NCBI GenBank assembly: GCA_015062585.1
Contig: SUUJ01000008.1
Coordinates: 2,837-66,836, forward strand
Length of the DNA: 64,000 bases
Source: Alphaproteobacteria bacterium
GTDB taxonomy: Bacteria > Pseudomonadota > Alphaproteobacteria > RF32 > CAG-239
Reading direction: 5' to 3'
Below are positions 20,123-30,554 of this stretch, one piece after another. Position 1 is the stretch's first letter. The number at the start of each line of letters is the position of its first letter. The translations under genes and the position numbers were made by a program. The notes under the pieces are model-generated. The model saw nothing but the letters and a program-made list of their open reading frames with translations. It was not told the DNA's origin and searched no databases.

Positions 20123-20847
20123 GCTTTATAAAAGACATCATAAATTTTATATTACCTCCGCGATGTATGATATGCGGCAAAGTTCTTGATAAAGACAAGG
20201 GACTTTGTGATGAATGCATATCTCAAATAGAATTCCTAAATCATGCAATATGTCGACGCTGCGGTTATCCGATTGTGGAAGCAGGGGAAGGATTATCTGA
20301 AAAGTTAATTTGCGGCAATTGTATAAAATCAAAGCATCATATCCCGTTTAGAATGTTGCGCTCAGCTTGTGTGTATGATGATTTTTCCAAAAAGTTGATT
20401 TTAGATTTCAAATTTTATGATAAAACCGATTTAGCACCGCTTTTAGCAAAAATGATGTATGTTGCCGGTAAGGATATTTTTGCTTCGGGTATAGATATGA
20501 TAATTCCGGTACCGTTACATTATACCAGATTGATAAAACGCCGTTATAATCAGTCGGCATTACTGGCTAAAGAATTGGGCAAACTCACAGGAATAAAAGT
20601 TGATTACAAAACACTGATAAAAAGGAAAATGACCAAAGCCCAAGTTGATTGCAGTGGCAAAGAAAGGCTTACTAATGTCAAAAATGCTTTTTATGTGAAA
20701 TATCCTGATAAAATAAAAGGCAAAAGAATTTTGTTGGTAGATGATGTATTAACTACCGGAAGTACCTTAAATGAATGCGCTAAAGCTGTTAAATCAGCCA
20801 AACCGAAATCAATTGATGCCCTAACCGTGACCAGAGCAATATCTTAG
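20119..20847 (+). CDS. comF: ComF family amidophosphoribosyltransferase-like protein
   Basis: N-terminal CxxC zinc motifs, PVPLH, RRYNQS and LLVDDVLTTGST. Confidence 0.9.
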   Translation: MSFIKDIINFILPPRCMICGKVLDKDKGLCDECISQIEFLNHAICRRCGYPIVEAGEGLSEKLICGNCIKSKHHIPFRMLRSACVYDDFSKKLILDFKFYDKTDLAPLLAKMMYVAGKDIFASGIDMIIPVPLHYTRLIKRRYNQSALLAKELGKLTGIKVDYKTLIKRKMTKAQVDCSGKERLTNVKNAFYVKYPDKIKGKRILLVDDVLTTGSTLNECAKAVKSAKPKSIDALTVTRAIS

Positions 20848-21950
20848 ATAAGCTCCAACATTTCTTGATAATGCGCTATTGCCTGACGATATTTGGGTAT
20901 ATTGTTAAAAGATTTGTGTATGGATAAATATAAGGTAGCTTCTACATTGCACGGTATGTGCTCCAAATATACCAAATTACTTTTAGGTATAATCAGCGGA
21001 ATTAAACAAATTCCTGCTCCATACTCAACCATATCCAAAAGAGCAATATTCGGATTTTTAATAAATTTTGTTTTTTTACAATCATCAATAAAATCGCAGT
21101 AGTTTTCATTTGCGTATGATTGATTCCGCCCGTCTAAGACAAGATGATTATTTTTAACATCATCAATATCACGCGGAGTTCCAAAGTTTGTCATATATTC
21201 CGAACTGGCAAAAAAACCGCAATGTATCTTGCGAGTATAAGGAATAATAAGACATTTTTCATGAGGCTTTGAAAAGCTTATTGCAATATCCCACTCATCC
21301 ATATGCAAATCAGGATTATCGGTAAATACGATAATATCTTGACTCGAAGCTTCATTAAGTGAGTTCACCGACAGATTTATGCCTTTTTCTAAGGCCAATC
21401 TGATATTGTTATTGTGAGTTGCTTTTTGTGATATTATGTATTTAATAAAGCTGTTTATACGATCAAACTTGATAATGATGGCAGTGCCTTCATCTGTTAA
21501 AAAAGTACCATGACTGTCGCTGTATAACAAGGGAACTTGTAAGGCGTTTTGCAAATAGTCAATATAAAGATTTATGGTTTCAATCGAAGTTGCTAATTTT
21601 TGCGATGCGTTTCTCTTGTTTCTATAAAACGATATCGCCTTAAGGTAAAAAATTCCGCGTACATTTTTTATATCAAAAATATTTATTTTGTTGCTTCTGA
21701 CTTCCCAGTTTTCAATATCCAAATTTTTTAATTTTGTGATGAGCTCATTTGCTTTAGAAGTCAAAAAACAACCATTTTTATGAGGTTCTTGCAGTTTTGC
21801 TCCGATATCATTTTCTAAAAAGTTTATATATTTTGTCAGGGTGTCAACTGATATTCCTATAACAGAAGCGGATAAACGCTTGCTCTTTGTCTTGTTTAAC
21901 AATATAAGCAGCAAAAGTCCTTCAAGTCGTTGTAAATCTCGTTTATTCAT
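20844..21950 (-). CDS. LysR-like regulator with two tandem N-terminal HTH domains
   Basis: Two LysR HTH-like repeats (SVDTLTKYINFLENDIGAKL...LT; SIETINLYIDYLQNALQVPL...LTDEG), plus substrate-domain motifs DIAI, FASSEY and GAGICLIP. Confidence 0.7.
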   Translation of the reverse strand: MNKRDLQRLEGLLLLILLNKTKSKRLSASVIGISVDTLTKYINFLENDIGAKLQEPHKNGCFLTSKANELITKLKNLDIENWEVRSNKINIFDIKNVRGIFYLKAISFYRNKRNASQKLATSIETINLYIDYLQNALQVPLLYSDSHGTFLTDEGTAIIIKFDRINSFIKYIISQKATHNNNIRLALEKGINLSVNSLNEASSQDIIVFTDNPDLHMDEWDIAISFSKPHEKCLIIPYTRKIHCGFFASSEYMTNFGTPRDIDDVKNNHLVLDGRNQSYANENYCDFIDDCKKTKFIKNPNIALLDMVEYGAGICLIPLIIPKSNLVYLEHIPCNVEATLYLSIHKSFNNIPKYRQAIAHYQEMLELI

Positions 21951-22106
21951 TATTGTTATCTTTCATGAAGTTATGCTTGCTATATATACTTATAGTTTAA
22001 TAATAATATATAATCAAGCAAAAATTGAAAAAATAGAAATATAAAACAGTTGATAAAAGATATTGTTTGTAATATAACAGCTCATAATTAAGATAACGAG
22101 GCAAAA

Positions 22107-23192
22107 ATGAAAGTAGAACTGTTTGATTATGAATTACCGAGAGAGCTTATTGCTTCACAACCGATAAGCCCGCGTCACGCATCGCGCTTGCTTGATTTGT
22201 CCGATGAAAACAAAATAACCGATCGGCATTTTTGCGATCTGCCGGACTTGTTAAAAGAAGGCGATATTTTGGTTTGCAATGACACCAAGGTTATTCCGGC
22301 GCGCCTATATGCTAAAAGAGGCGAAGCCAAAGTCGAGGTTACTTTATATCATCCCGAAGATATGCTCAATTGGTGGTCGTTTATCAAAAATGCCAAGCGC
22401 CTCAAAGAAAATGATACTATCTATTTTTATAATGACAACATAAGTGCACAAGACTCAAAATTTAGCGCTACTGTCATAAAAAAGGATAGTGAAGACGGAG
22501 TGTTACTGCAATTTAATTGCAAAGACGAAGACCTATCCGAATATTTACAAATTTTCGGATATATGCCGTTACCTCCTTATATAAAAAGAGAGCGCCCAGG
22601 CGAAGATTCTTTATGGCACAAGTTTGATGATAAAGAAAACTATCAAACAATATATGCCTCGAAAGAGGGAGCTGTTGCCGCTCCGACAGCAGGTTTGCAC
22701 TTTACACCGGAAGTCGTTTCCAAATTAAAAGAAAAAGGAGTTCGCCAAGTTTTTGTTACGCTTCATGTCGGTGCCGGAACATTCTTGCCTATAAAAACCG
22801 ACAATACCGAAGATCATAAAATGCACGCTGAATATGGCATAATATCTCAAGAAACAGCTGATATTATCAATCAAGCCAAACAAAAAGGAAACCGTATTAT
22901 CGCTGTGGGTACAACTTCATTAAGATTATTGGAATCAGCGGCTGACGAAAAGGGAGTTTTACACCCGTTTGCCAAAGAAACCGATATTTTTATAACTCCC
23001 GGTTATAAATTCAAAATGATAGATATGTTGATTACTAATTTTCACCTTCCGAAATCAACTTTGTTTATGTTGGTGTCAGCCGTAGCCGGTTTAGATAGAA
23101 TGCAAACCGCTTATGCTCACGCAATTAAACAAAAATACCGTTTTTATTCGTATGGGGACAGTTCTATCTTAAAATGCGTAAACAAAATTTAA
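22107..23192 (+). CDS. queA: SAM:tRNA ribosyltransferase-isomerase
   Basis: NDTKVIPARL, PLPPYI, AAPTAGLHF, TLHVGAGTF, TNFHLP and YRFYSYGD motifs. Confidence 0.97.
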   Translation: MKVELFDYELPRELIASQPISPRHASRLLDLSDENKITDRHFCDLPDLLKEGDILVCNDTKVIPARLYAKRGEAKVEVTLYHPEDMLNWWSFIKNAKRLKENDTIYFYNDNISAQDSKFSATVIKKDSEDGVLLQFNCKDEDLSEYLQIFGYMPLPPYIKRERPGEDSLWHKFDDKENYQTIYASKEGAVAAPTAGLHFTPEVVSKLKEKGVRQVFVTLHVGAGTFLPIKTDNTEDHKMHAEYGIISQETADIINQAKQKGNRIIAVGTTSLRLLESAADEKGVLHPFAKETDIFITPGYKFKMIDMLITNFHLPKSTLFMLVSAVAGLDRMQTAYAHAIKQKYRFYSYGDSSILKCVNKI

Positions 23193-23243
23193 CTTTTCTT
23201 TGTTACAAATAAGCAAACAACAAAAAAAAGAAAGGCCGGAAAT

Positions 23244-24401
23244 TTGCGCATCCAACAAACATTGGAAAAATATGTACCGCTGATTAGCAATATGCTGATA
23301 CCGGCGCTTATATATATTATTGCTTTGCTGTATTTTTTGGCCGCAAATGATTTTAACGCGTCATTAGGTATGTTTTTTCACAATGGCTTTTATGTCTTAA
23401 GTATATTAGGAATAATCATTCTCCTAAATTTTAATATAAACAGACATATGTTTTGTTTAATTGTCAATTTGATTGCCTATGTATTGATAAATCAGATAAA
23501 AAGAGAATATGGCGCGGAATTTGACCAAACAATATGCTTTGGTTATTTAATGATACTACTGCCGCTTAATTTGTTGATTTTTTACATTTTGGGACGATTT
23601 CGTTTTTTAAGTGTTCGTTCACTGCAGTTAGTTATGTTAATATTATTGGAATACGGTATTGCCGATGTTTTGAACAAACACAATATAAATCTAAATATTT
23701 CGTTTTTTGGTGTAAACATACTGTCATGCTTTTTTTATTTTTTGCTCATATTGATTGCATTTATAAAATCTGTAAATTCTAATCGAAATTATGATTATAC
23801 ATTTATGTATGTCGCAATATCTACCGCAACAGGGCTTTATTTTGCCGAAAATTCTACCGGCTTGAGTATGTTTTTCTTTATTGCTCAACTTATAATTTTT
23901 ATCGATTTGGTATATACCCTGACTTATAATCACTTTTATGACGAAACAACCGGTTTTTACAGTCGTAACTCGTATTTGCTTAAATCAAAACATTTTCCGT
24001 TCAAATATAATTTGGGAATTGTCAGTATTGATAATTATGACAAATTGCAAAAAACATTCGGTTACAAAAAACAAAAAATTCTTACAAATTTGATAGCCGA
24101 AGTTATCCAAGAACTAACCCCCGAAGAAGAAGTTTTTCGTTATGCCGCAGATCAATTCGTGGTGCTGTACAAGGATAAGGATAATAAAGAATCTTTTGCT
24201 CACTTGGATAACATCCGAAGGATTATTGCCGGTCTAAGCTTTAGTTGGTCAATAAAACAAAAGCCGATAAAATTGACCGTATCATGTAGCTTGGCCGAAA
24301 AAAAACGCAGTGACGCCAGTTCTATCGAAGTTTTGATGCGCGCGGACAAGGCTATGCAAAAAACCTTAAAATTCAGCCACAATGTAACCTCTCGCGGTTA
24401 G
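23244..24401 (+). CDS. membrane protein with a degenerate GGDEF domain
   Basis: About 8 TM segments, then D..TG..SR, IDNY.K...FG, RYAADQF (in place of GGDEF/GGEEF) and RADKAM. Confidence 0.8.
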   Translation: MRIQQTLEKYVPLISNMLIPALIYIIALLYFLAANDFNASLGMFFHNGFYVLSILGIIILLNFNINRHMFCLIVNLIAYVLINQIKREYGAEFDQTICFGYLMILLPLNLLIFYILGRFRFLSVRSLQLVMLILLEYGIADVLNKHNINLNISFFGVNILSCFFYFLLILIAFIKSVNSNRNYDYTFMYVAISTATGLYFAENSTGLSMFFFIAQLIIFIDLVYTLTYNHFYDETTGFYSRNSYLLKSKHFPFKYNLGIVSIDNYDKLQKTFGYKKQKILTNLIAEVIQELTPEEEVFRYAADQFVVLYKDKDNKESFAHLDNIRRIIAGLSFSWSIKQKPIKLTVSCSLAEKKRSDASSIEVLMRADKAMQKTLKFSHNVTSRG

Positions 24402-25189
24402 TGTTTTTTGTAGTTTTTTAACAGTAAGACAACACCAAGAATAACAAAAGGCAAAGACAACAACTGTCCCATTGTTATGCTGTTGAAGAAAAATCCTATA
24501 TGCGCGTCCGGTTGTCTGAATTGTTCCATAGACATTCTAAATATTCCATACATTAAAACAAAAATTGCCGATATTGTACCGCTATGTGCTCTTATCGTCT
24601 TAAAACGCCACAGATAGTTTAGCAAAACAAACAGGATTAGTCCCTCGAAAAAGGCTTCATAAAGTTGAGATGGGTGTCTTGGTAAGTAGCCTCCGTTAGG
24701 AAATCTGACGGCCCAAGGCACATCGGTAACTCTTCCCCATAATTCATCATTAACAAAATTAGCGATTCGTCCCAAAAACATTCCTATCGGAGTGTACAAA
24801 GCGATTAAATCCGTAATTTGTAAAAATTTAAAATTATATTTTTTTACATATAACCACGAAGCCAATATAACACCGCATATTCCGCCATGAAAAGACATTC
24901 CGCCTTTCCAAAGTTCCAAAATTCGCCAAGGCTTCAGCCACATTTCGCTCCCACCATAAAAAACAGCATAACCAAGTCGGCCACCGATGATTATTCCCAA
25001 AGTAATATAAAAAGCCAAATCCTCAATATGTTGCGAAGTATAGCCCAGATTATATTTTTTGCTGTTACGAAGTATCAAAAACCACGCAATCAAAATACCG
25101 AATAAATATGCCAAAGAATACCATCTGATAGCTAATGGTCCGATGCTCAAAGCAATAGGTGAAATTTCCGGAAAAGGTAAGCCTGTCAT
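24398..25189 (-). CDS. lgt: prolipoprotein diacylglyceryl transferase
   Basis: IRWY, GGRLGY, GGMSFHGG, GRIANFVN.ELWGR and HPSQLYE motifs. Confidence 0.97.
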   Translation of the reverse strand: MTGLPFPEISPIALSIGPLAIRWYSLAYLFGILIAWFLILRNSKKYNLGYTSQHIEDLAFYITLGIIIGGRLGYAVFYGGSEMWLKPWRILELWKGGMSFHGGICGVILASWLYVKKYNFKFLQITDLIALYTPIGMFLGRIANFVNDELWGRVTDVPWAVRFPNGGYLPRHPSQLYEAFFEGLILFVLLNYLWRFKTIRAHSGTISAIFVLMYGIFRMSMEQFRQPDAHIGFFFNSITMGQLLSLPFVILGVVLLLKNYKKH

Positions 25190-25229
25190 ATAAAAAACCT
25201 CTGTTTGCTAAACGAATTAAAAAACTTAA

Positions 25230-25370
25230 TTAAAGAATAATTAATTTCCACAAATATATCCACATATAAAAAATAAAAAATTTTTTTTAATATCTAACTT
25301 TTTGATTTTTAAAGGATATTGTGTTTTTTATTTATCCACAGAAGTAAATATAGTGGAAAAAAACGACTCG
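25230..25370. promoter_or_regulatory. divergent promoter region with DnaA-box and CtrA-like sites
   Basis: TTATCCACA at 25332-25340 plus near matches (25244, 25256, ~25352); TTAA-N7-TTAA at 25230-25244; GACTC at 25366. Confidence 0.4.
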
Positions 25371-25449
25371 GCGGTTGCAAATATTAAATGTCCAATGCAA
25401 GCTTGTTCATATGCAAGAGTAAAACTGTATATTTGGGAGTAATATAAGA

Positions 25450-25947
25450 ATGCAACCGGCTCAGAATTTAGCCACAAATATAAATCCGATAGATATGGTC
25501 GAGAATATTTTTAGCGCCAAATCTTACGAGTTTGATCGTCGCAATATAAACGAAGTAGTTGTTGAAGTCCAAGGAAAGTGGACTAATATGTTATTGTTTT
25601 TTGCGTGGGAAGCGTCAATGAAATGCTTGCATATGTCTTGTTTGATGGATGTTGAAAACAAGATGGAAGATCGCTCAAAAATATTTGAATTATTGGCTTT
25701 GGTTAATGAAAATCTTTGGGTCGGTCACTTTTCATATTGGACTGAACAGAATATGCCGGTCTTTAAACATTCGGTGTTCTTAAATTATGAGGAAGAATTT
25801 TTTGAACACAAAATATCACAACTGATAGATATAGCGGTTAACGAATGTGAACGCATCTATCCGGTTTTTAAGGTAGTAATGACCAAGGGAATGGAGCCCA
25901 AGGATGCGCTTTATCCCATGATGATGGAAACAGTTGGTCAAGCCTAA
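25450..25947 (+). CDS. YbjN domain-containing protein (alphaproteobacterial type)
   Basis: NPIDMVE, G.W, NENLWVGHF, ECERIYP.F and C-terminal ETVGQA; typical neighbour of lgt. Confidence 0.85.
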   Translation: MQPAQNLATNINPIDMVENIFSAKSYEFDRRNINEVVVEVQGKWTNMLLFFAWEASMKCLHMSCLMDVENKMEDRSKIFELLALVNENLWVGHFSYWTEQNMPVFKHSVFLNYEEEFFEHKISQLIDIAVNECERIYPVFKVVMTKGMEPKDALYPMMMETVGQA

Positions 25948-26020
25948 GATTACGTTTAAAAAAAGAGCGTCTCTTTGATAAAGAGAGGCTCTTTTTTTCT
26001 TGTCTGTTGACAAGGAAAGA

Positions 26021-26215
26021 TTATTTGTGTTGCTCATGCCTTTGGTGTCGTTGCTTATAGTTCGGATGGTTAGACCGATATTTATCTTTGTCAACATAAG
26101 TAACATGACCTGTCGGAGGCAGAACTCTGGTTTCATTTGAACTAAACAGATTCCTCCAATAAGCGCGCAATTTCTTAACAATCTTTCTTACAAGATCTTT
26201 GCAAAATTTATCCAT
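26021..26215 (-). CDS. small hypothetical protein (ORFan)
   Basis: 64-aa basic ORF with the AT-rich ttattattaacc leader shared with other ORFans. Confidence 0.45.
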   Translation of the reverse strand: MDKFCKDLVRKIVKKLRAYWRNLFSSNETRVLPPTGHVTYVDKDKYRSNHPNYKQRHQRHEQHK

Positions 26216-26291
26216 AATGGTAGTTGATTTAAAGGGTTAATAATAAAAAAAACACTGCTTAGAACATAGCAGTGTCAATTTATTATTGCAA

Positions 26292-27275
26292 TTATTTTTT
26301 TTTCTTTTTTGCTTTTCTTTCTTTTAACCAATTTTGGACATTATCGTTGTGCTCTTTTAATGATTTTGAAAAATTATGTCCGCCTTTGCCGTCAGCTACA
26401 AAATATAGGTAAGAGCTTTTTTGCGGATTTGCGGCAGCTTCCAGAGATAGTCTTCCCGGATTGCAAATAGGTGAAGGAGGAAGCCCGTAATATTTATAAG
26501 TATTATAAGGGCTGTTTATACTTAAATCTTTTTTTCTTAATGAGCGTCCCAAATCCTTTTTACCGAGAGTTATTGCATATATAACTGTCGGGTCTGTTTG
26601 CAACTTCATACCTTTTTTTAGTCTGTTTACAAAAACGGAGGCAACCAAAGAGCGCTCCTCATCGACAGATGTCTCTTTTTCAACGATAGATGCTAATGTG
26701 AGCAAATCATCCTTATTTTTTATCGGTATGTTATTATTGCGATTATTCCAAGCACTATCCAAAGCATTTTTCATAGCTTCCTGAGCCTGAATTATTATAC
26801 TGTCTTTGCTATCGCCATACATAAAACTGTATGTTTCCGGTAATAACTCACCGTCTTTTACCTCAATGGATATCTCACCGCTTAAAAATTCTTCTTTATC
26901 AATAATATTTAACATTTGTGTCGAAGTTAAACCTTCGGGTAAAGTTATTTTACGATAAATGACATCGCCGTTTGCCAGCTTTTGTAAAGCCTCATGCATT
27001 GATGTTTCGGCCTCGAAAATATATTCACCGGCCTTCAATTTTTTATCCAAGCCCATAAGTCTGGCCGCAATTTTAAACAACCATTTTTTATCAATAACTC
27101 CCGCTTCTTTCAACTTATCGGCAACAATAGAACTTCCGTTTCCTTTATTTATGATAACATGCGCGTTGGTTAAAAGCGTGCTGCTTCCATATATCCAGCC
27201 ATAAACTTGCCATGTTACCAAAGCAAACAGCAAAGAGTAGATTACAATTATTTTTTTGACACTAGGATTATTCAT
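26292..27275 (-). CDS. mltG: endolytic transglycosylase MltG
   Basis: LKAGEY, TLPEG, LASIVEKET, LQTDPTVIY, SPYNTY and YLYFVADG motifs; follows fabF. Confidence 0.95.
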   Translation of the reverse strand: MNNPSVKKIIVIYSLLFALVTWQVYGWIYGSSTLLTNAHVIINKGNGSSIVADKLKEAGVIDKKWLFKIAARLMGLDKKLKAGEYIFEAETSMHEALQKLANGDVIYRKITLPEGLTSTQMLNIIDKEEFLSGEISIEVKDGELLPETYSFMYGDSKDSIIIQAQEAMKNALDSAWNNRNNNIPIKNKDDLLTLASIVEKETSVDEERSLVASVFVNRLKKGMKLQTDPTVIYAITLGKKDLGRSLRKKDLSINSPYNTYKYYGLPPSPICNPGRLSLEAAANPQKSSYLYFVADGKGGHNFSKSLKEHNDNVQNWLKERKAKKKKK

Positions 27276-28539
27276 ATTTCTTTATAATCATACAAGAATT
27301 AGTACCGCCAAACCCGAAAGAGTTTGACATAACAGCCTTAATATTTCGTTTTTTTGCTTTCAAAGGAACCAAATCTATTCCCTTAGCTTCTTCATCAATA
27401 TCTTCCAGATTTATGGTCGGTGGGCATATTTGATCGCGTATGGCCAAAGTTGCAAAAATCGCTTCAATAGCACCGGCAGCCCCAAGCATATGGCCGGTTG
27501 CTGATTTTGTTGATGACATAGACAAGTTTTTAGTGTGTTCGCCAAAAAGCTCTTTGACTGCCTTTATTTCGCTGATATCACCCAAAGGTGTAGAAGTGCC
27601 GTGAGCGTTGATATAGTCAATATCAGTTAAGTCAATATTGTTGTTTCTTGCTTTTGTAATAGCGGTCTTCATTGCTCTGAAAGCACCTTCACCTGAAGGA
27701 GCAGTGATGTGGTAAGCGTCAGAAGACATACCATATCCGGCAATTTCAGCGTATATCTTGGCTCCGCGTGCTTTTGCGTGTTCCAACTCTTCTAATACGA
27801 TGGCGGCAGCGCCTTCACTCATAACAAAACCTGAGCGCCTTTTATCCCAAGGACGCGAAGCTTTTTCCGGCTCGTCATTAAATTCGGCAGTAATTGCACG
27901 CATTTTAGAAAAACCGGCCAAGCCTAAACAATTTACCACAGCTTCCGAGCCACCGGCCAACATAATATCAGCGTCACCATCTGCAATAAGTCTGGACGCT
28001 TCACCAATGGCATGATTTCCTGTGGAACAGGCTGTTACACAAGCCAAATTTGGTCCTTTTAGGCCGAATTTAATAGATAAATTACCGGCAATCATATTGA
28101 TAAGGCTGGCGGGAATCAAAAAAGGCGAAAGCTTTTTCATACCAAATTCGTTAAATGACAAAGCCATATCGTGAACAGTTTGCAGTCCGCCAAATCCCGA
28201 ACCGATTAAAATACCGGCGCGTTGTTTGTCTTCTTCGGAAAACTTCTCGGCATCCCAACCGGCATCTTTCAGGGCTTCGCTTCCTGCGGCGATACCATAT
28301 AACAAAAATCGGTCATGGCGTTTGATGTCTTTTGCCGGCATATAACGAGTGGGATCAAACATATTGTCATCTTCACCCCAATCAACCGTGCCGGCAATTT
28401 TTACGGGGATATCTTTTAGATTTTCGCTATCTAATTTCTTTATACCTGATTTTCCGCTCAAGACATTTTGCCATATTTTTTCGACATTACATCCCAAGGG
28501 AGAAATAGCACCAATACCGGTAATAACAACTCTTCTCAT
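27268..28539 (-). CDS. fabF: 3-oxoacyl-ACP synthase II
   Basis: TACSTG, NAHGTST, KSATGHMLGAAG and SNSFGFGGTN motifs. Confidence 0.97.
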   Translation of the reverse strand: MRRVVITGIGAISPLGCNVEKIWQNVLSGKSGIKKLDSENLKDIPVKIAGTVDWGEDDNMFDPTRYMPAKDIKRHDRFLLYGIAAGSEALKDAGWDAEKFSEEDKQRAGILIGSGFGGLQTVHDMALSFNEFGMKKLSPFLIPASLINMIAGNLSIKFGLKGPNLACVTACSTGNHAIGEASRLIADGDADIMLAGGSEAVVNCLGLAGFSKMRAITAEFNDEPEKASRPWDKRRSGFVMSEGAAAIVLEELEHAKARGAKIYAEIAGYGMSSDAYHITAPSGEGAFRAMKTAITKARNNNIDLTDIDYINAHGTSTPLGDISEIKAVKELFGEHTKNLSMSSTKSATGHMLGAAGAIEAIFATLAIRDQICPPTINLEDIDEEAKGIDLVPLKAKKRNIKAVMSNSFGFGGTNSCMIIKKYE

Positions 28540-28629
28540 AAGATATCCTTAAATAAAACCATTATAAACAAATGAAACTCGCCTTGAAGAACAGACGAGT
28601 TTCATAAACTTTCCTAAAGCCATACAGAC

Positions 28630-28863
28630 TTAAGCATTCTTTGCAAGATAGTCGATTGCATCTTTAACAGTAAGAATTTTTTCAGCAGCTTCATCAGGAA
28701 TTTCGCAACCGAATTCTTCTTCAAAAGCCATTACCAATTCTACTGTATCCAAACTATCAGCGCCCAAATCGTCAATAAAGCTGGCAGTTTCTGTAACTTT
28801 AGATTCTTCTACGCCAAGATGCTCTGCAACGATTTTCTTAACGCGATTTGCTGTATCAGTCAT
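28630..28863 (-). CDS. acpP: acyl carrier protein
   Basis: [20 protein letters not shown]; start MTDTA at 28863. Confidence 0.97.
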   Translation of the reverse strand: MTDTANRVKKIVAEHLGVEESKVTETASFIDDLGADSLDTVELVMAFEEEFGCEIPDEAAEKILTVKDAIDYLAKNA

Positions 28864-29151
28864 ATTATAAACCTCAAAAAAATTAAAACAATTAACCAAA
28901 CCTTTCTTAAAAGGTCGTTCACAAGCTAGTTAGCACTATTTTATTTAATTTAGCAAGCATTTTTTAAAAAAAACACACAATTTCTGTATTTTACAATGCT
29001 TAATCAATTGTTTTTGCTGTAAAATATCAATCTTATCAACAAAGACACTCATAATATAAAATATGTTTGATAAATTTCAAATGCTGTTGACAATAAAACA
29101 TATAATTCTTAAATTTAATATAGTGCATATGTATATTTTAAGGAGATAAAA

Positions 29152-29460
29152 ATGAAAAAAGTTATTTACATTGTTGTGGTATTAGCAATTTTGTTGGTAT
29201 TGTCTATGTTGTTAAAAGACAATTTTATTTCAACAAATGAAACCCCGACCGTTGCCGAAGCTCCTGTAGCTGTTGAAGAAACAGTTGCCGAGGTCGCTCC
29301 TTTAGCTGAAGACGCAGTAGTTGTTGATGTTGAACCGACAGCAGAGACAACAGCTGAAGCACCGGCAGAAGCTACAGCTGAAGCAGCTGTTGTTGCTGAA
29401 GAAGTTGTTGAAGAAAATCCTTCTGCAACAGCTGATGAAGGTGAAACAGTTGTGGAATAA
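29152..29460 (+). CDS. membrane-anchored acidic Ala/Glu/Val-rich low-complexity protein
   Basis: Strong SD (AAGGAG), N-terminal TM helix, disordered acidic tail. Confidence 0.75.
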   Translation: MKKVIYIVVVLAILLVLSMLLKDNFISTNETPTVAEAPVAVEETVAEVAPLAEDAVVVDVEPTAETTAEAPAEATAEAAVVAEEVVEENPSATADEGETVVE

Positions 29461-29576
29461 TAAAAGAAACAACAATTAAAAATCATTACCCCTTGTACCT
29501 TATGATACAAGGGGTTGTTTTTTTTAAATTTGATTCCTAAATATAACATTAGGACAAACAATACAAGAGGTGTAAG

Positions 29577-30515
29577 ATGAAAGTAGGAATAGTCGGTGCC
29601 GGCTCGGTCGGTGCGGCCACAGCCTTTGCTCTGATTATGCGAGGTGTTGCCAGAAAAATAACTTTGGTTGATATTGATGCAAAAAAGTCTTATGCCGAAG
29701 CAACCGATATTGCTCACGCCGCTCCTTTTGCCTATGCAAACAAAGTAAAATCCGGTGACTTTGAAGATTTATGCGGTTGTGAAGTGGTTATTATTACAGC
29801 CGGAGCCAATCAAAAAAAAGGCGAAACCAGAACAGATTTACTTGAGCGCAATGTTAAAATATTTGCAAATATTATTCCCAAAGTTGTTGAAAATGCACCA
29901 ACATCGACCTTGGTTATTGCAACCAATCCCGTTGATATAATGACCGAAGTAACCTTAAAATTATCAGGCTTTCCCGTTACTCGTGTAATCGGAAGCGGAA
30001 CGATTTTGGATACTGCGCGTTTTCGTACAGACTTAGGCTATCATCTGGGTGTCTCGCCAAAATCTATTCATGCCAATGTCTTAGGCGAACATGGTGATAG
30101 CGAAGTTTTGTGTTGGTCAAACGGCGATGGTGGCACAATACCGCTTCATGAACTGGCTTTGGACTTAAACAAGCCTCTGACTGACGAGGTAAAAAAACGC
30201 ATTGATGACGATGTCAGAAACGCAGCCTATAAAATAATTGATGGTAAAGGTGCAACATTTTACGGAATTGCCGGTGGGTTGTGCCGTATATGCCAAGCCA
30301 TAACCACTAACGAATATGCAATTTTGACCGTTTCGACTCATCACAAAGAAATTTTAGGAATTAAAGATGTATCTGTTTCAATGCCTACTATTATCGGCAA
30401 AAGAGGTGTGCATAATGTTTTATATCCCAAACTCGATGAAAAAGAAACATCAGCTCTGAAGAAGAGTGTCGAGAAGATGAAGCAATTGTCTGAAACAGCC
30501 CTCGCGATGATATAA
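29577..30515 (+). CDS. ldh: L-lactate dehydrogenase
   Basis: GAGSVG, TAGANQKKGETR (Gln at the LDH specificity position), TNPVD, LDTARF, GEHGDSE and KGATFYGI. Confidence 0.93.
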   Translation: MKVGIVGAGSVGAATAFALIMRGVARKITLVDIDAKKSYAEATDIAHAAPFAYANKVKSGDFEDLCGCEVVIITAGANQKKGETRTDLLERNVKIFANIIPKVVENAPTSTLVIATNPVDIMTEVTLKLSGFPVTRVIGSGTILDTARFRTDLGYHLGVSPKSIHANVLGEHGDSEVLCWSNGDGGTIPLHELALDLNKPLTDEVKKRIDDDVRNAAYKIIDGKGATFYGIAGGLCRICQAITTNEYAILTVSTHHKEILGIKDVSVSMPTIIGKRGVHNVLYPKLDEKETSALKKSVEKMKQLSETALAMI

Positions 30516-30554
30516 AATAAAAGCCCTTTGTTTTGCAAAGGGCTTTAGAGTTTA

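Noticed and set aside
29166-29717. 183-aa antisense ORF and many other short overlapping ORFs in the track
   Set aside because: Shadow frames of well-supported genes on the opposite strand or in other frames.
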